NCBI GenBank assembly: GCA_002269645.1
Contig: NIVC01000021.1
Coordinates: forward strand, 1 to 64,000
Reading direction: 5' to 3'
Length of the DNA: 64,000 nt
Source: Macrostomum lignano
Lineage: Eukaryota
Shown: positions 26,637 through 39,159 of the stretch, one piece after another
Layout of the letters: the number at the start of each line of letters is the position of its first letter
Numbering within the stretch: position 1 is the first letter of the stretch
Made by a program: the position numbers and the translations under genes
Notes under the pieces: generated by a model
The model's database searches: none
Seen by the model: the letters and a program-made list of their open reading frames with translations, nothing else
Told to the model about the DNA's origin: nothing

Positions 26637-29113
26637 TCACACAGTCTTCTTGGTGCTGTCCGGCTCTTCAGCGACTTCACCGACAAGATCTCCGCTCTGC
26701 ATCTTCTTGATGTACACGGCTTTGAGGATCTCCAATGACTGGCACTGCAGGTGCGACATGATCAGGCAGAACAGCATTGCCAGCAGCGAGGATGACGACA
26801 TAGCGTACAGCATGGCCCTGCGAGTCAGTTCGGTCAGTGGCTGAGCTGTCAGGAGCAGCTTGACTTGGCTATTGCACACGCTCCCGCAGGGTGTACAACG
26901 GCTCTGACTTCCTCATCGTTAGGTAGCGCACAGGCTCTGAGTCCGTGCATTGGAAGGTTTGGCCAGCCTCCCAGATCCTCCGTTGCTAAGCCAGCCTCCC
27001 AGATCCTCAGATGCTGGGCCAGCCTCCCGGATCCTCAGTTGCTGGGCCAGCCTCCCAGATCCTCAGTTGCTGAACCAGCCTCCCAGATCCTCAGTTGCTA
27101 GACAAGCCTCCCAGATCCTCAGTTGCTGAACCAGCCTCCCAGATCCTCAGTTGCTAAGCCAGCCTCCCAGATCCTCAGTTGCTGGACCAGCCTCCCAGAT
27201 CCTCAGTTGCTAGACCAGCCTCCCAGATCCTCAGTTGCTGAACCAGCCTCCCAGATCCTCAGTTGCTAGACCAGCCTCCCAGATCCTCAGTTGCTAAGCC
27301 AGCCTCCCAGATCCTCAGTTGCTAAGCCAGCCTCCCAGATCCTCAGTTGCTAAGCCAGCCTCCCAGATCCTCAGTTGCTAAGCCAGCCTCCCAGATCCTC
27401 CGTTGCTAAGCCAGCCTCTCAGATCCTCAGTTGCTGGGCCAACCTCCTGGATCCTCAGTTGCTGGGCTGCCAGCCTCCCAGATCCTCAGTTTCTGGGCCA
27501 GCCTCCCGGATCCTCAGTTGCTAAGCCAGCCTCCCAGATCCTCCGTTGCTAAGCCAGCCTCTCAGATCCTCAGTTGCTAGACCAGCCTCCCAGATCCTCA
27601 GTTGCTGGGCCAGCCTCCCAGATCCTCAGTTGCTGAACCAGCCACCCAGATCCTCAGTTGCTAAGCCAGCCTCCCAGATCCTCAGTTGCTAGACCAGCCT
27701 CCCAGATCCTCAGTTGCTGAACCAGCCTCCCAGATCCTCAGTTGCTAGACCAGCCTCCCAGATCCTCAGTTGCTGGACCAGCCACCCAGATCCTCAGTTG
27801 CTAAGCCAGCCTCCCAGATCCTCAGTTGCTAAGCCAGCCTCCCAGATCCTCAGTTGCTAAGCCAGCCTCCCAGATCCTCCGTTGCTAAGCCAGCCTCTCA
27901 GATCCTCAGTTGCTAGACCAGCCTCCCAGATCCTCAGTTGCTGGGCCAGCCTCCCAGATCCTCAGTTGCTAAGCCAGCCTCCCAGATCCTCCGTTGTTAA
28001 GCCAGCCTCTCAGATCCTCAGTTGCTAAGCCAGCCTCCCAGATCCTCCGTTGCTAAGCCAGCCTCCCAGATCCTCAGTTGCTGGGCCAGCATCCCGGATC
28101 CTCAGTTGCTAGACCAGCCTCCCAGATCCTCAGTTGCTGGGCCAGCCTCCCAGATCCTCAGTTGCTAAGCCAGCCTCCCAGATCCTCCGTTGCTAAGCCA
28201 GCCTCTCAGATCCTCAGTTGCTTGGCCAACCTCCCGGATCCTCAGTTGCTGGACCAGCCTCCAAGATTCTCCGTTGCTGGGCCAGTCTCCCAGATCCTCA
28301 GTTGCTGGACCAGCCTCCCAGATCCTCAGTTGCTGGACCAGCCTCCCAGATCCTCAGTTGCTGGGCCAGCCTCCCAGATTCTCCGTTGCTGGGCCAGTCT
28401 CGCAGATCCTCAGTTGCTGGACCAGCCTCCCAGATCCTCAGTTGCTGGACCAGCCTCCCAGATCCTCAGTTGCTGGGCCAGCCTCCTAGATTCTCCGTTG
28501 CTGGGCCAGTCTCGCAGATCCTCAGTTGCTGGACCAGCCTCCCAGATCCTCAGTTGCTGGACCAGCCTCCCAGATCCTCAGTTGCTGGGCCAGCCTCCTA
28601 GATTCTCCGTTGCTGGGCCAGTCTCCCAGATCCTCAGTTGGTAGACCAGCCTCCCAGATCCTCAGTTGCTGGACCAGCCTCCCAGATCCTCAGTTGCTAA
28701 GCCAGCCTCCCAGATCCTCAGTTGCTAAGCCAGCCTCCCAGATCCTCAGTTGCTAAGCCAGCCTCCCAGATCCTCAGTTGGTAGACCAGCCTCCCAGATC
28801 CTCAGTTGCTGGGCCAGCCTCCCAGATCCCCAGTTGCTGGGCCAGCCTCCCAGATCCTCTACCACCCTTATTCCTAAAGACAGCACAAAAAGTGACTCAC
28901 TTGAACTGCTTGCTCTCAGGATCCAGGATTCGCCTCTGCTGGTAGGCCATCGTGAACAGAGCCAAAGAGCCCGTGAAGGTGATGGCGAACAGAGCTGAGA
29001 ACAGGATGTACCAGCCGCGGTACCGCCTAAGCAGCTTCCGAACTTGAACAACTTCATCGTCTGAGAGAATTCTCGTGTTGCCATCCACCCAGTTGTGGTA
29101 CATGGACCGCATG
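26637..29113 (-). CDS. Membrane protein of unknown family (two hydrophobic segments flanking a Cys-containing loop); exons 29113-28901 and 26936-26637; apparent 1-nt deletion at 26883-26885; upstream exons possible
   Basis: WYILFSALFAITFTGSLALFTMAY and AMLYAMSSSSLLAMLFCLIMS. Donor AA|GTGAGT (phase 2) joins acceptor ACTCAG|A. Adding one G to GGG gives ...HPAGSVCNSQVKLLL. Confidence 0.55.
26963..28860. repeat. 28-bp minisatellite CCAGCCTCCCAGATCCTCAGTTGCTRRG, about 67 copies, intronic
   Basis: Period 27301/27329. Confidence 0.98.
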
Positions 29114-29917
29114 CTGGCCAAATCAAGCAGAAATTTCAATTTAAAAAAACAGCCTTGAATTTCTAAAAATATTGAAATGCGAGCACTTGAGCATTTTAAA
29201 AGAGTTCTCGGGCAATCGATGTAGCTCAAAGTGGTAAAAGAATTTGAACCATAGATACAATAGTTCAGTGAATGTTCGATGTTTAATGTCGTCAGCCATA
29301 AATGGTAAATATTCCCCATTTATACCATTTGCGAAGCCTCGGTCATTAAACTCGGTCAGTTAAGCATTTATTGCCATAGACAATTGTATAAATTGGGAAT
29401 ATATGAAATTTACACCGAGACCATAGATGTTCGCCCGGGGCAGGTGGGGGATACATCATGTATTATGCTGCATAGAAAACTTGATTAAGGCTCAATGTAC
29501 TCGTGAAGGTGAGCAGTGAGCACCGCACAGCAGCAAAAGGCAGATTTACAGGTGAGACACCTCACAGCATGAATAATAGGCGGCAATTCAATGGTGCACT
29601 CAGAGCTGTACCCTCTTCGCCCAGAGCCGTATGAGTTTCTCAGTTTGCACAGAGCACACAGCCAAGAGTGGGTTTGATGCAGATGGGCAGGTGAAACTGT
29701 GCCAAAGGAGGGCAGAGAGATGCGGAGCGAACCAGATAGAATAGAAAGAGGAGAGCAGAGAAAGGCGGCTGGCGGAGCGAGTTTCATCTTTAAACACAGG
29801 CAGGCAAAAGCGCAGCAGGCAAAGCTGGCAGGGCACACGCCAGCAAAGGAGCTGCAGCAAAAGACACCCGGGCAGAGCCAAGGCCAAGAGCAGCAGGGCA
29901 GATCAGCTGATTGACAG

Positions 29918-32900
29918 ATGCGGCTGGTTAGGGTTAAGCGCCGCTCCACAGCACATTATCAGCGGCACCAACCCCAGGATGTGGACTGGTAAGTGGGAGT
30001 GAGATCAGAGACAGGGAGATCAGAGACAGGGAGATCAGAGACAGGGAGATCAGAGACACGGAGATCAGAGACAGGGAGATCAGAGACAGGGAGATCAGAG
30101 ACAGGGAGATCAGAGACAGGGAGATCAGAGACAGGGAGATCAGAGACAGGGAGATCAGAGACAGGGAGATCAGAGACAGGGAGATCAGAGACAGGGAGAT
30201 CAGAGACAGGGAGATCAGAGACAGGGAGATCAGAGACAGGGAGATCAGAGACAGGGAGATCAGAGACAGGGAGATCAGAGACAGGGAGATCAGAGACAGG
30301 GAGATCAGAGACAGGGAGATCAGAGACAGGGAGATCAGAGACAGGGAGATCAGAGACAGGGAGATCAGAGACAGGGAGATCAGAGACACGGAGATCAGAG
30401 ACAGGGAGATCAGAGACAGGGAGATCAGAGACAGGGAGATCAGAGACAGGGAGATCAGAGACAGGGAGATCAGAGACAGGGAGATCAGAGACAGGGAGAT
30501 CAGAGACAGGGAGATCAGAGACAGGGAGATGAAAGACAGGGAGATCAGAGACAGGGAGATCAGAGACAGGGAGATCAGAGACAGGGAGATCAGAGACAGG
30601 GAGATCAGAGACAGGGAGATCAGAGACAGGGAGATCAGAGACAGGGAGATCAGAGACAGGGAGATCAGAGACAGGGAGATCAGAGACACGGAGATCAGAG
30701 ACAGGGAGATCAGAGACAGGGAGATCAGAGACACGGAGATCAGAGACAGGGAGATCAGAGACAGGGAGATCAGAGACAGGGAGATCAGAGACAGGGAGAT
30801 CAGAGACAGGGAGATCAGAGACAGGGAGATCAGAGACAGGGAGATCAGAGACAGGGAGATCAGAGACAGGGAGATCAGAGACAGGGAGATCAGAGACAGG
30901 GAGATCAGAGACAGGGAGATCAGAGACAGGGAGATCAGAGACAGGGAGATCAGAGACACGGAGATCAGAGACAGGGAGATCAGAGACAGGGAGATCAGAG
31001 ACAGGGAGATCAGAGACAGGGAGATCAGAGACAGGGAGATCAGAGACAGGGAGATCAGAGACAGGGAGATCAGAGACAGGGAGATCAGAGACAGGGAGAT
31101 GAAAGACAGGGAGATCAGAGACAGGGAGATCAGAGACAGGGAGATCAGAGACAGGGAGATCAGAGACAGGGAGATGAAAGACAGGGAGATCAGAGACAGG
31201 GAGATCAGAGACAGGGAGATCAGAGACAGGGAGATGAAAGACAGGGAGATCAGAGACAGGGAGATCAGAGACAGGGAGATCAGAGACAGGGAGATGAAAG
31301 ACAGGGAGATCAGAGACAGGGAGATCAGAGACAGGGAGATGAAAGACAGGGAGATCAGAGACAGGGAGATCAGAGACAGGGAGATCAGAGACAGGGAGAT
31401 CAGAGACAAGGAGATCAGAGACAGGGAGATCAGAGACAGGGAGATCAGAGACAGGGAGATCAGAGACAGGGAGATCAGAGACAGGGAGATCAGAGACAGG
31501 GAGATCAGAGACAGGGAGATCAGAGACAGGGAGATCAGAGACACGGAGATCAGAGACAGGGAGATCAGAGACAGGGAGATCAGAGACACGGAGATCAGAG
31601 ACAGGGAGATCAGAGACAGGGAGATCAGAGACAGGGAGATCAGAGACAGGGAGATCAGAGACAGGGAGATCAGAGACAGGGAGATCAGAGACAGGGAGAT
31701 CAGAGACAGGGAGATCAGAGACAGGGAGATCAGAGACAGGGAGATCAGAGACAGGGAGATCAGAGACAGGGAGATCAGAGACAGGGAGATCAGAGACAGG
31801 GAGATCAGAGACACGGAGATCAGAGACAGGGAGATCAGAGACAGGGAGATCAGAGACAGGGAGATCAGAGACAGGGAGATCAGAGACAGGGAGATCAGAG
31901 ACAGGGAGATCAGAGACAGGGAGATCAGAGACAGGGAGATCAGAGACAGGGAGATCAGAGACAGGGAGATCAGAGACAGGGAGATCAGAGACACGGAGAT
32001 CAGAGACAGGGAGATCAGAGACAGGGAGATCAGAGACAGGGAGATCAGAGACACGGAGATCAGAGACAGGGAGATCAGAGACAGGGAGATCAGAGACAGG
32101 GAGATCAGAGACAGGGAGATCAGAGACAGGGAGATCAGAGACAGGGAGATCAGAGACAGGGAGATCAGAGACAGGGAGATCAGAGACACGGAGATCAGAG
32201 ACAGGGAGATCAGAGACAGGGAGATCAGAGACAGGGAGATCAGAGACAGGGAGACCGCACTATCCAGTGTGGCATATTTTCACAGAAAACACAAATTTTG
32301 TTTCACAATTATTCAATAAAAGCTCACTAACAATAAAAAATTCAATCTGCTAATGCGTCTTCACTGCGATTGAGCAGCTTCACTTTCCAATTCAATAATT
32401 GGCCTTGCTGGGTCTATAGCGGCTCCGGCAATCTGACCAATCGCATTCAGTTCTCCACTGAGGCATAACTTAAACAGCTGCTAACAAAAATCCAGTTTGA
32501 TGGATTAGAAAAGCATTTCTAAACAATATCTACACCTGAAACAGGATAAATGAACTATAAGGCGCGTTTTCAAGGTAAAATCCGGTAAGTTCGATTCCAC
32601 GAACGAGCCACATTCAACACTGTGCTCATGCCTGCCGACCGATGAGAAAGTCAGGGTCGCTGTACACCCAGTGTGAGCGTGTGCCTGCTCAGGTGCTCAG
32701 GTGCTCAGGTGCTCAGGTGCTCAGGTGCTCAGGTGCTCAGGTGCTCAGGTGCTCAGGTGCTCAGGTGCTCAGGTGCTCAGGTGCTCAGGTGCTCAGGTGC
32801 TCAGGTGCTCAGGTGCTCAGGTGCTCAGGTGCTCAGATGCTCAGGTACTCAGGTACTCAGGTGCTCAGGTTCTCAGGTTCTCAGGTTCTCAGGTACTCAG

Positions 32901-35259
32901 GTACTCAGGTGCTCAGGTACTCAGGTGCTCAGGTACTCAGGTACTCAGGTGCTCAGGTGCTCAGGTGCTCAAGTGCTCAGGTACTCAGGTGCTCAGGTGC
33001 TCAGGTGCTCAGGTGCTCAGGTTCGCATGTGCTCAGGTGCTCAGGTGCTCAGGTTCGCAGGTGCTCAGGTGCTCAGGTTCTCAGGTGCTTGGCTCCTCGA
33101 TCACAGCCCGAGAAACCTATCTAAAAACCTGTCTCCATAGTAACAGTCGATGGCAATCAGTTAATAAAGTACATTCTGAATAAGCGAATTTTGATGCAGC
33201 GGGTCCCCTTCAGCACTGGCCTCGATCCATTGTGGGCAGATGGAGAGCTTATTATTTACCGCTGACAAAAGACCGGATGTTGACGGCTGGGCCCTTGAGC
33301 TGCCGCGTTCTCAAGTGACTGCCCAGCGACTTGTTGGAGTTTGCTGTGCTTTCAAAAGCAATTTTTAAGTGGCCTTGGCTTTGCAATAAACCTTAATTTA
33401 GTTTCCTTGTGTGCGTTTTTTACGTCAAAAAATGTCTGATGGCGCCAAAATTGTGTCCTTTAACGCCAAAACCCAAAGCGCCAAAACTCTAGGCGCCAAA
33501 ATCCAAGGCGCCAAAACCCAAGGCATCAAAACCCAAGGCGCCAAAACCCAAGGCGCCAAAACCCAAGGCGCCAAAACCCAAGGCGCCAAAACCCAAGGCG
33601 TCAAAACCCAAGGCGCCAAAACCCAAGGCGCCAAAACCCAAGGCGTCAAAACCCAAGGCGCCAAGACCCAAACCCAAGCTCAAATCCAAAACGCATTCAA
33701 AACACCTTCAAACTCCACCGCTCAACGCCAGGTCCGGCCCCAGCCCGCTGAAGAAGCTGGGAGCGGCTGGCGCCTCAGTCGGCTCCGGACTGTCGGTGGC
33801 GCGCCAGTTCAGCCGGGTGTCCCGACTGGAGGCCGAGCACGAGGAGTGGCTGCGCCGCACCCTGCAGCGGGTGGCGCTGGCGGCGAGCGGCTCGACAGAC
33901 GGCAGTCGAGAGGAGGGAGTTGACAGCGAGAAGGCGTCGCATCCATCAGGTGCAGCGGTCAGCAGCCACCAGCTGCGGCAGCAGCAGCGGGACAGGCTGA
34001 TTCAGGAGCGGCGGGAACGCGGCCGGAGTCTCCTCAGCTGGCAGCAGCAGCAGCAACACGAGGCAGCAGCTGCAGACACCACTGAAACCGGCACCAGCCT
34101 GACGGTCAAATCCCTGATCGGCTCCAGAAGCGACGCCGCGAATGCCCGAGATCGAGGATCGGAGAAAGCGACAAGTTTGTCGAAGCAGCTGAAGGCGCCG
34201 CCGCCGCTGCTGACGCTCTCGCCGACGCCGTTCATTCAGCAGGCGGCTCCGGCAGTGAAGAGCGAGCGCCAGCAGTTGCAACCTGTCGCAAAGGTGACCA
34301 GTTCGGTTATTGTGTGTTGGAGCTGACCTGGGAGGCTGGCAGCCCAGGAAATGATGATCTTGGAGGCTGGCAAACTAGCAACTGAGGATCCGGGAGGCTG
34401 GCCCAGCAACTGAGGATCTGGGAGGCTGGCCCAGCAACTGAGGATCTGGGAGGCTGGCCCAGCAACTGAGGATCTGGGAGGCTGGCCCAGCAACTGAGGA
34501 TCTGGGAGGCTGGCCTAACAACTGAGGATCTGGGAGGCTGGCACAGCAACTGAGGATCTGGGAGGCTGGCCTAACAACTGAGGAGCTGGGAGGCTGGCCC
34601 AGCAACTGAGGATCCGGGAGGCTGGCCCAGCAACTGAGGATCTGGGAGGCTGGCCCAGCAACTGAGGATCTGGGAGGCTGGCCCAGCAACTGAGGATCTG
34701 GGAGGCTGGCCCAGCAACTGAGGATCTGGGAGGCTGGCCCAGCAACTGAGGATCTGGGAGGCTGGCCTAACAACTGAGGATCTGGGAGGCTGGCCTAACA
34801 ACCGAGGATCTGGGAGGGTGGTAGCTCAGCAACTGAGGGTCTGGGAGGCTGGCCCAGCAACTAAGTATTGAGCCGATCACATTTACATCGATCCTAGAAA
34901 CCATACATGTTAAGTGCTCAAAGCGGACTCAAAACGGACCCTGTGTCGCACACACCACCCGGACACAGCAGCCTCATCAGACGCAGCTTCACCGACCGAG
35001 ACTGAGAGGACCAGCGGTCCGCAGCCGTCAGCTGGAACACTCGAGCCCGGAGCAGCGCAGGCAGGAGCCGCAGCTGATGAGCGTCGGTCAGGCGCCCGGC
35101 ATCCAGCAGGATCAGCGGGCAGCTCAAGCTCAAGCCGCTGAGCAGTCCATGGAGCTGGCCAACTATGTGCGCAGGCGGCAACCCGCAATGCGGCTCAGGG
35201 AGCCGACCCTGGTTCAGCCGAGGAACCCCGTGAACTCGCCAGAACTGCTAGCTCCGTGA
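29918..35259 (+). CDS. Low-complexity Gln/Ala/Ser-rich protein of unknown function; exons 29918-29988, 33732-34293, 34924-35259
   Basis: TG|GTAAGT (phase 2) plus CCAG|G gives W; AAG|GTGACC plus CAAAG|CGG is phase 0. The joined frame is open through ...SPELLAP*. Additional exons cannot be excluded. Confidence 0.55.
30001..32252. repeat. Highly homogeneous 15-bp satellite GAGATCAGAGACAGG, about 150 copies
   Basis: Direct reading. Rare variants are ...GACACG, GAGATGAAAG... and ...GACAAG. Starts about 12 nt after the donor at 29989. Confidence 0.99.
32688..33088. repeat. 8-bp tandem CAGGTGCT, about 50 copies
   Basis: Direct reading. Confidence 0.97.
33440..33665. repeat. 15-bp tandem GGCGCCAAAACCCAA
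   Basis: Direct reading. Confidence 0.93.
34328..34862. repeat. 28-bp minisatellite, reverse complement of the 26963-28860 array
   Basis: Unit GGAGGCTGGCCCAGCAACTGAGGATCTG. Confidence 0.97.
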
Positions 35260-35571
35260 TGCTGATGGTCGCGACTTCAGTGACAAATTCTTGTGCAAAA
35301 ACATTGTCCTCGTGCGTGCAGATGTACAAATGAAAAATATACAAGTATTTGCTGTGTCCAAATAAAGCAATGAGCGAAATCCCACAACATTCGAGCACAG
35401 AATCAACTAAAGCAGAAGTTTGATTTTCTTAGAAACAGTCCGGAGGTTGATAAGAAACGTGTATTTGTCTTATTGCTAGTGCATGAACACTTTTCATTTT
35501 ACTTAAGAGTTCCAGCAGTCATGGTAAGATACCGCCGATCATATAGATTTTTGCAAGGCATTTGATACGTC

Positions 35572-35765
35572 AAGCTATACAACGCCGAGGAGTGGACGCT
35601 GACGGCTACGCTGGAGCGGCAGTTGGACTCGGCGCACTCAGGGCTGCTCCGTGCTGCCTTTCAAGCTGACGAGAGCGTCGGGACCGAGGCCCTGTACCGA
35701 AGCCGGAGGCGACTTCAACTGACGGGCCACGTGATCCGGGCCGAAGGCTACTGCCCCCAAACCTT
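35572..35765 (+). mobile_element. Degenerate non-LTR retrotransposon (RTE-like) ORF2 C-terminal fragment
   Basis: LYNAEEWTLTATLERQLDSAHSGLLRAAF...RRRLQLTGHVIR resembles the LYGxExWTL...RRLRxAGHxxR motif downstream of LINE RT. Confidence 0.7.
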
Positions 35766-36949
35766 TTCAGGAATAAAATCCACTTCGGTAACAAAGCAGA
35801 TTTACGACTACCGACGCTATATTTCCATGGTAATTAATTTTAGCAACTATTAATTTAATAAAGAAAAATTAATCCAAAAGCCACTAAACCATATACTGCC
35901 AAGTATGGTTTAATTTTATGGTTAAACTAAATTATAATTTGTTTTAAATTGTTCATTAACATTGTAAAAAATTAAATGAGGCACAGAAAATTACGCATCG
36001 GTTGAAAATTGAAATTTCGAAGTAATTTTAAATGAAGAAAAAAGTAGATTCCAGTAAATGAAGTCGCTAACTCAGAGATTCTAATGTTCACAATATTTGG
36101 TCAACGGGATGTCTCAGCAATTGTACTCAGCAATTAAAATAAAATTACAAGTAGATTAAAATACGCAATAGCTTTCACCATCAATCCCATATCTCGAAGT
36201 TTGCTAAAATGTATCTCAATTAGTTTTCGTCCTTCTCTCTTTAAAGTTCGTTTGCAAAATCTTTTTAGAGCATATCAATCTATGCATACTGTATTTATTT
36301 CCACTAACTGTTACCGAAGTGGCTGTTACCGAATTGGACTGTTACCCCTTTTCAGGATGTTCTGCTGCCCTCTGAAAGATGACAAACTGTGTTGAAGCAA
36401 ACCTGGACGACACTTTTCGTGTAGCCCATGTTTCTTTAGATACGACTATGAAGTTGGTCACCATGGGGGATGGCAAAGGTGCTCGCCTATGGGCTTATGG
36501 TGTGCTGGGTGTGACCACGCCCCGCAGCTTATTAAACGCCATCGTATGGCCGCTAGGGCACAACTTTGCCCTGCGTGCATGGCGTTGCGGTTCTCTTTGA
36601 ATTGGACAGGCAGATTCAATTGAAGGGATTGAAGGGATTGATCCGTGACCCAAAGGCTGTTCGTGCGTTTCATTTCAAAGCGTCTTTACGAGCTATAGCG
36701 AAACCGTGACTTGTTCTTGGCGGCTGTCTGGTCTGAATTCAATGCTCTCCCCATGCACGGCTTTAGGCCATAGACAATCGTGGCAGCAGGAGTTGAATAT
36801 GGTTGGCCGGGGTCTTGAACAAGGACTGCACAGATCCACAAAACAAATGGGTCGAGTTTTGCAATTTTTATGATTTTTGGGCAGAGTGAATGTGTGATTG
36901 TACGTTGGATATAAAATTAACATTCTAAGTCCCAATGCAATTTTATCAA

Positions 36950-37110
36950 CGAGAAGCTTTATTCATATCAATAGAGCTATAAGAAAAGCAAGATTTATCA
37001 AAAGATGAACATTGGGTCTGCTGCTATCAAATTCAATGACAAATTTTGTGCTGAAAAAACCTGTATCTCGTAGTTTATTTTTTTTCAATAAAATCTGCCT
37101 TCTAAAATTT
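36950..37110. mobile_element. Partial diverged copy of the right arm of the 11727-12450 fold-back element
   Basis: AAAAGATGAACATTGGGTCTGCTGCTATCAAA...TTTTGTGCTGAAAAAA...CTGCCTTCTAAAA matches ~12300-12415. Confidence 0.7.
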
Positions 37111-39159
37111 TCCAGGAGAAGTGGTTGGGCTTTCTAAATAAACAGGTACAAACTATAACAAACAAAAGCACGTCCTTTAAAAAAGAAATCCCAAATGAGA
37201 GAGAAATGGGGAGGATAGAAATGAATGAAGAATTCACGAAGACAGAGATAAGAAAGGGATTAAGGAAAGGTGCTAAAAACAATGTCGCATTGCACATGCG
37301 GTGTACAATAATAGGTTCGTGCAAAAGAAGTGAAAAATCATATAAATAGAAAAAATAAATAAACAAACGATCGCCGAGCGAGAAAGCATAATTCAGCAAA
37401 ATGCGTCGCTCATTCTCCCCTCCCGCCTGTGAAGTCCCCGTGTCGGGGGTTGCTGACCTCGATTGGCGGCTGCTGGCGAATGGCGACCCTCGGAGGATTA
37501 AGGAACCCTCGGATCATCTCGCGTCTGAGTGGTTGAGACGCTGTTGGGGGAAAGATAGCTTCACCCACCTCGAGTTCCAGGAGAACAAAGTCGACTGACG
37601 GCAGTCTACCATTCTCGCGCTCTCGCTGAATCGCCGATCTGTCGTTCACCAGCCAGCACCTCGCCACTCGCGGCTGAAATCGGAATGATGTCAATAATGT
37701 GCTTTGAATATCACATGAGTGACCGTATATTTGACGGCCAAAACTGGAGGGTCACGTTGATGGTCACTCATGAACCACTGTTTATTTACGAACTACTGTC
37801 ACATCTGTCACATTGACGGTCACATGAGTGACTGTGCATTTGACTGTCACACTGGAGGGTCATACGTAATTCCGTTGTTTGTGAGGGTTAAAAAACAGTC
37901 ACAGTCAAAATGTGACCATCCCACTTTTTACGGGCCACTTTCGAATGAACTTGTAATGTAATGCACTACAAACTCAGCAGTGTATAATGTGTTTTTATAT
38001 AGGTCAGAGAATGTTTAGCATTATGAAAAAATTCTACTTGGTTAGGGACAAATTTGTTAAGCAAAAAATGAATAATTTATTTTTTACGATTTCTCTAAAG
38101 CTGTGCAATATGTCCTAATTTAATTCAGGTGGCCAAGCACAAGACAATGCAATACGTTGGTGCGCCGAATGTAAACGTACATGAGTGTTGCAGCCTGCTC
38201 CAATGTCTGCTTCAAAGATGCGATAGTCAAAGCCCAACTGCCGAGGAAGCTGCGAGTCCATTCATCAAGTTAAAGTATGGCAGCTTCGAAGGGATATTCC
38301 TTAAATTTTAATTTTTCCTTAAGCAATTCTTTTGTGTGCTGTTACTTCCTATGACTGCGATTTTTATGTTGTATATTTAGTTATAAAAATTGTTTACACT
38401 AACAAAGAATGTCATTAATCGTTATTATCCCTATAGTGTCAGAAATGATAAATTTTCATTGTTTAATAACTTATTAACATTAATCTATCATTTAGTCAGG
38501 CTCTCTTGGCTGGCGCTGATAAACAGTTGGTGGCTGACGTCCGTATCACACTCCAAAAGTGGCACCTGATGCATACCAAGTGAATACGGACCGCTACCGA
38601 AGGGCGGACAGCGACGGACAGCGACGGGCGGACGTGCTTATGAGGGCAATTGAAGCGTGGACTAGCTAGGTAATGAGTTAAAAAAAAATAAACAATTTTT
38701 TCACTAGCTTTAACGAAATTCAATTAATATTATTAGATTGATCATATCCAGTAAATAAAAAGTATGTTGTGTTTGCGATTGCGTTCCATTTCCAACTGGA
38801 TGCGTAATTAATTTTTCTCAACTTTTGCTGCATTTTTATCCATCTTTTCATGCTAATTGTAAAAAAATTTGCTTTGAATGTTTCTGATGTAATTTTTTGA
38901 TGCTGTGCTACTGTTTGTTATTATATTGTACTTTATATTTGTTTTAGTTTACTATTCGTAAGTAGTAGTTAAGTAGTACAAATTCTTCAATGCTTCTAAA
39001 ATTTAAATTTGTAAAATGCTGTGAATAATGGTGTATAGATTGTGGTGTATCAAAACAAAAATATAGTCGTAAAATTGTTTAACAAAAATTTAATTAATTT
39101 ATAATTTGTTTTTTAGTTTCCATTTTTACCTTATACTGGTATACCTACACCATTTTCGG

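Noticed and set aside
29934-32319. 751-aa, 596-aa and 179-aa ORFs
   Set aside because: Pure translations of the 15-bp satellite (period divisible by 3, stop-free); the array lies in a predicted intron.
32350-33380. Short minus-strand open frames that might be upstream exons of the membrane-protein gene
   Set aside because: Phases do not join the 29113 acceptor and there is no homology evidence.
37125-37349. LINE ORF2-like remnant (EFTKTEIRKGLRK..KNN)
   Set aside because: Similarity is too short and low-complexity to support.
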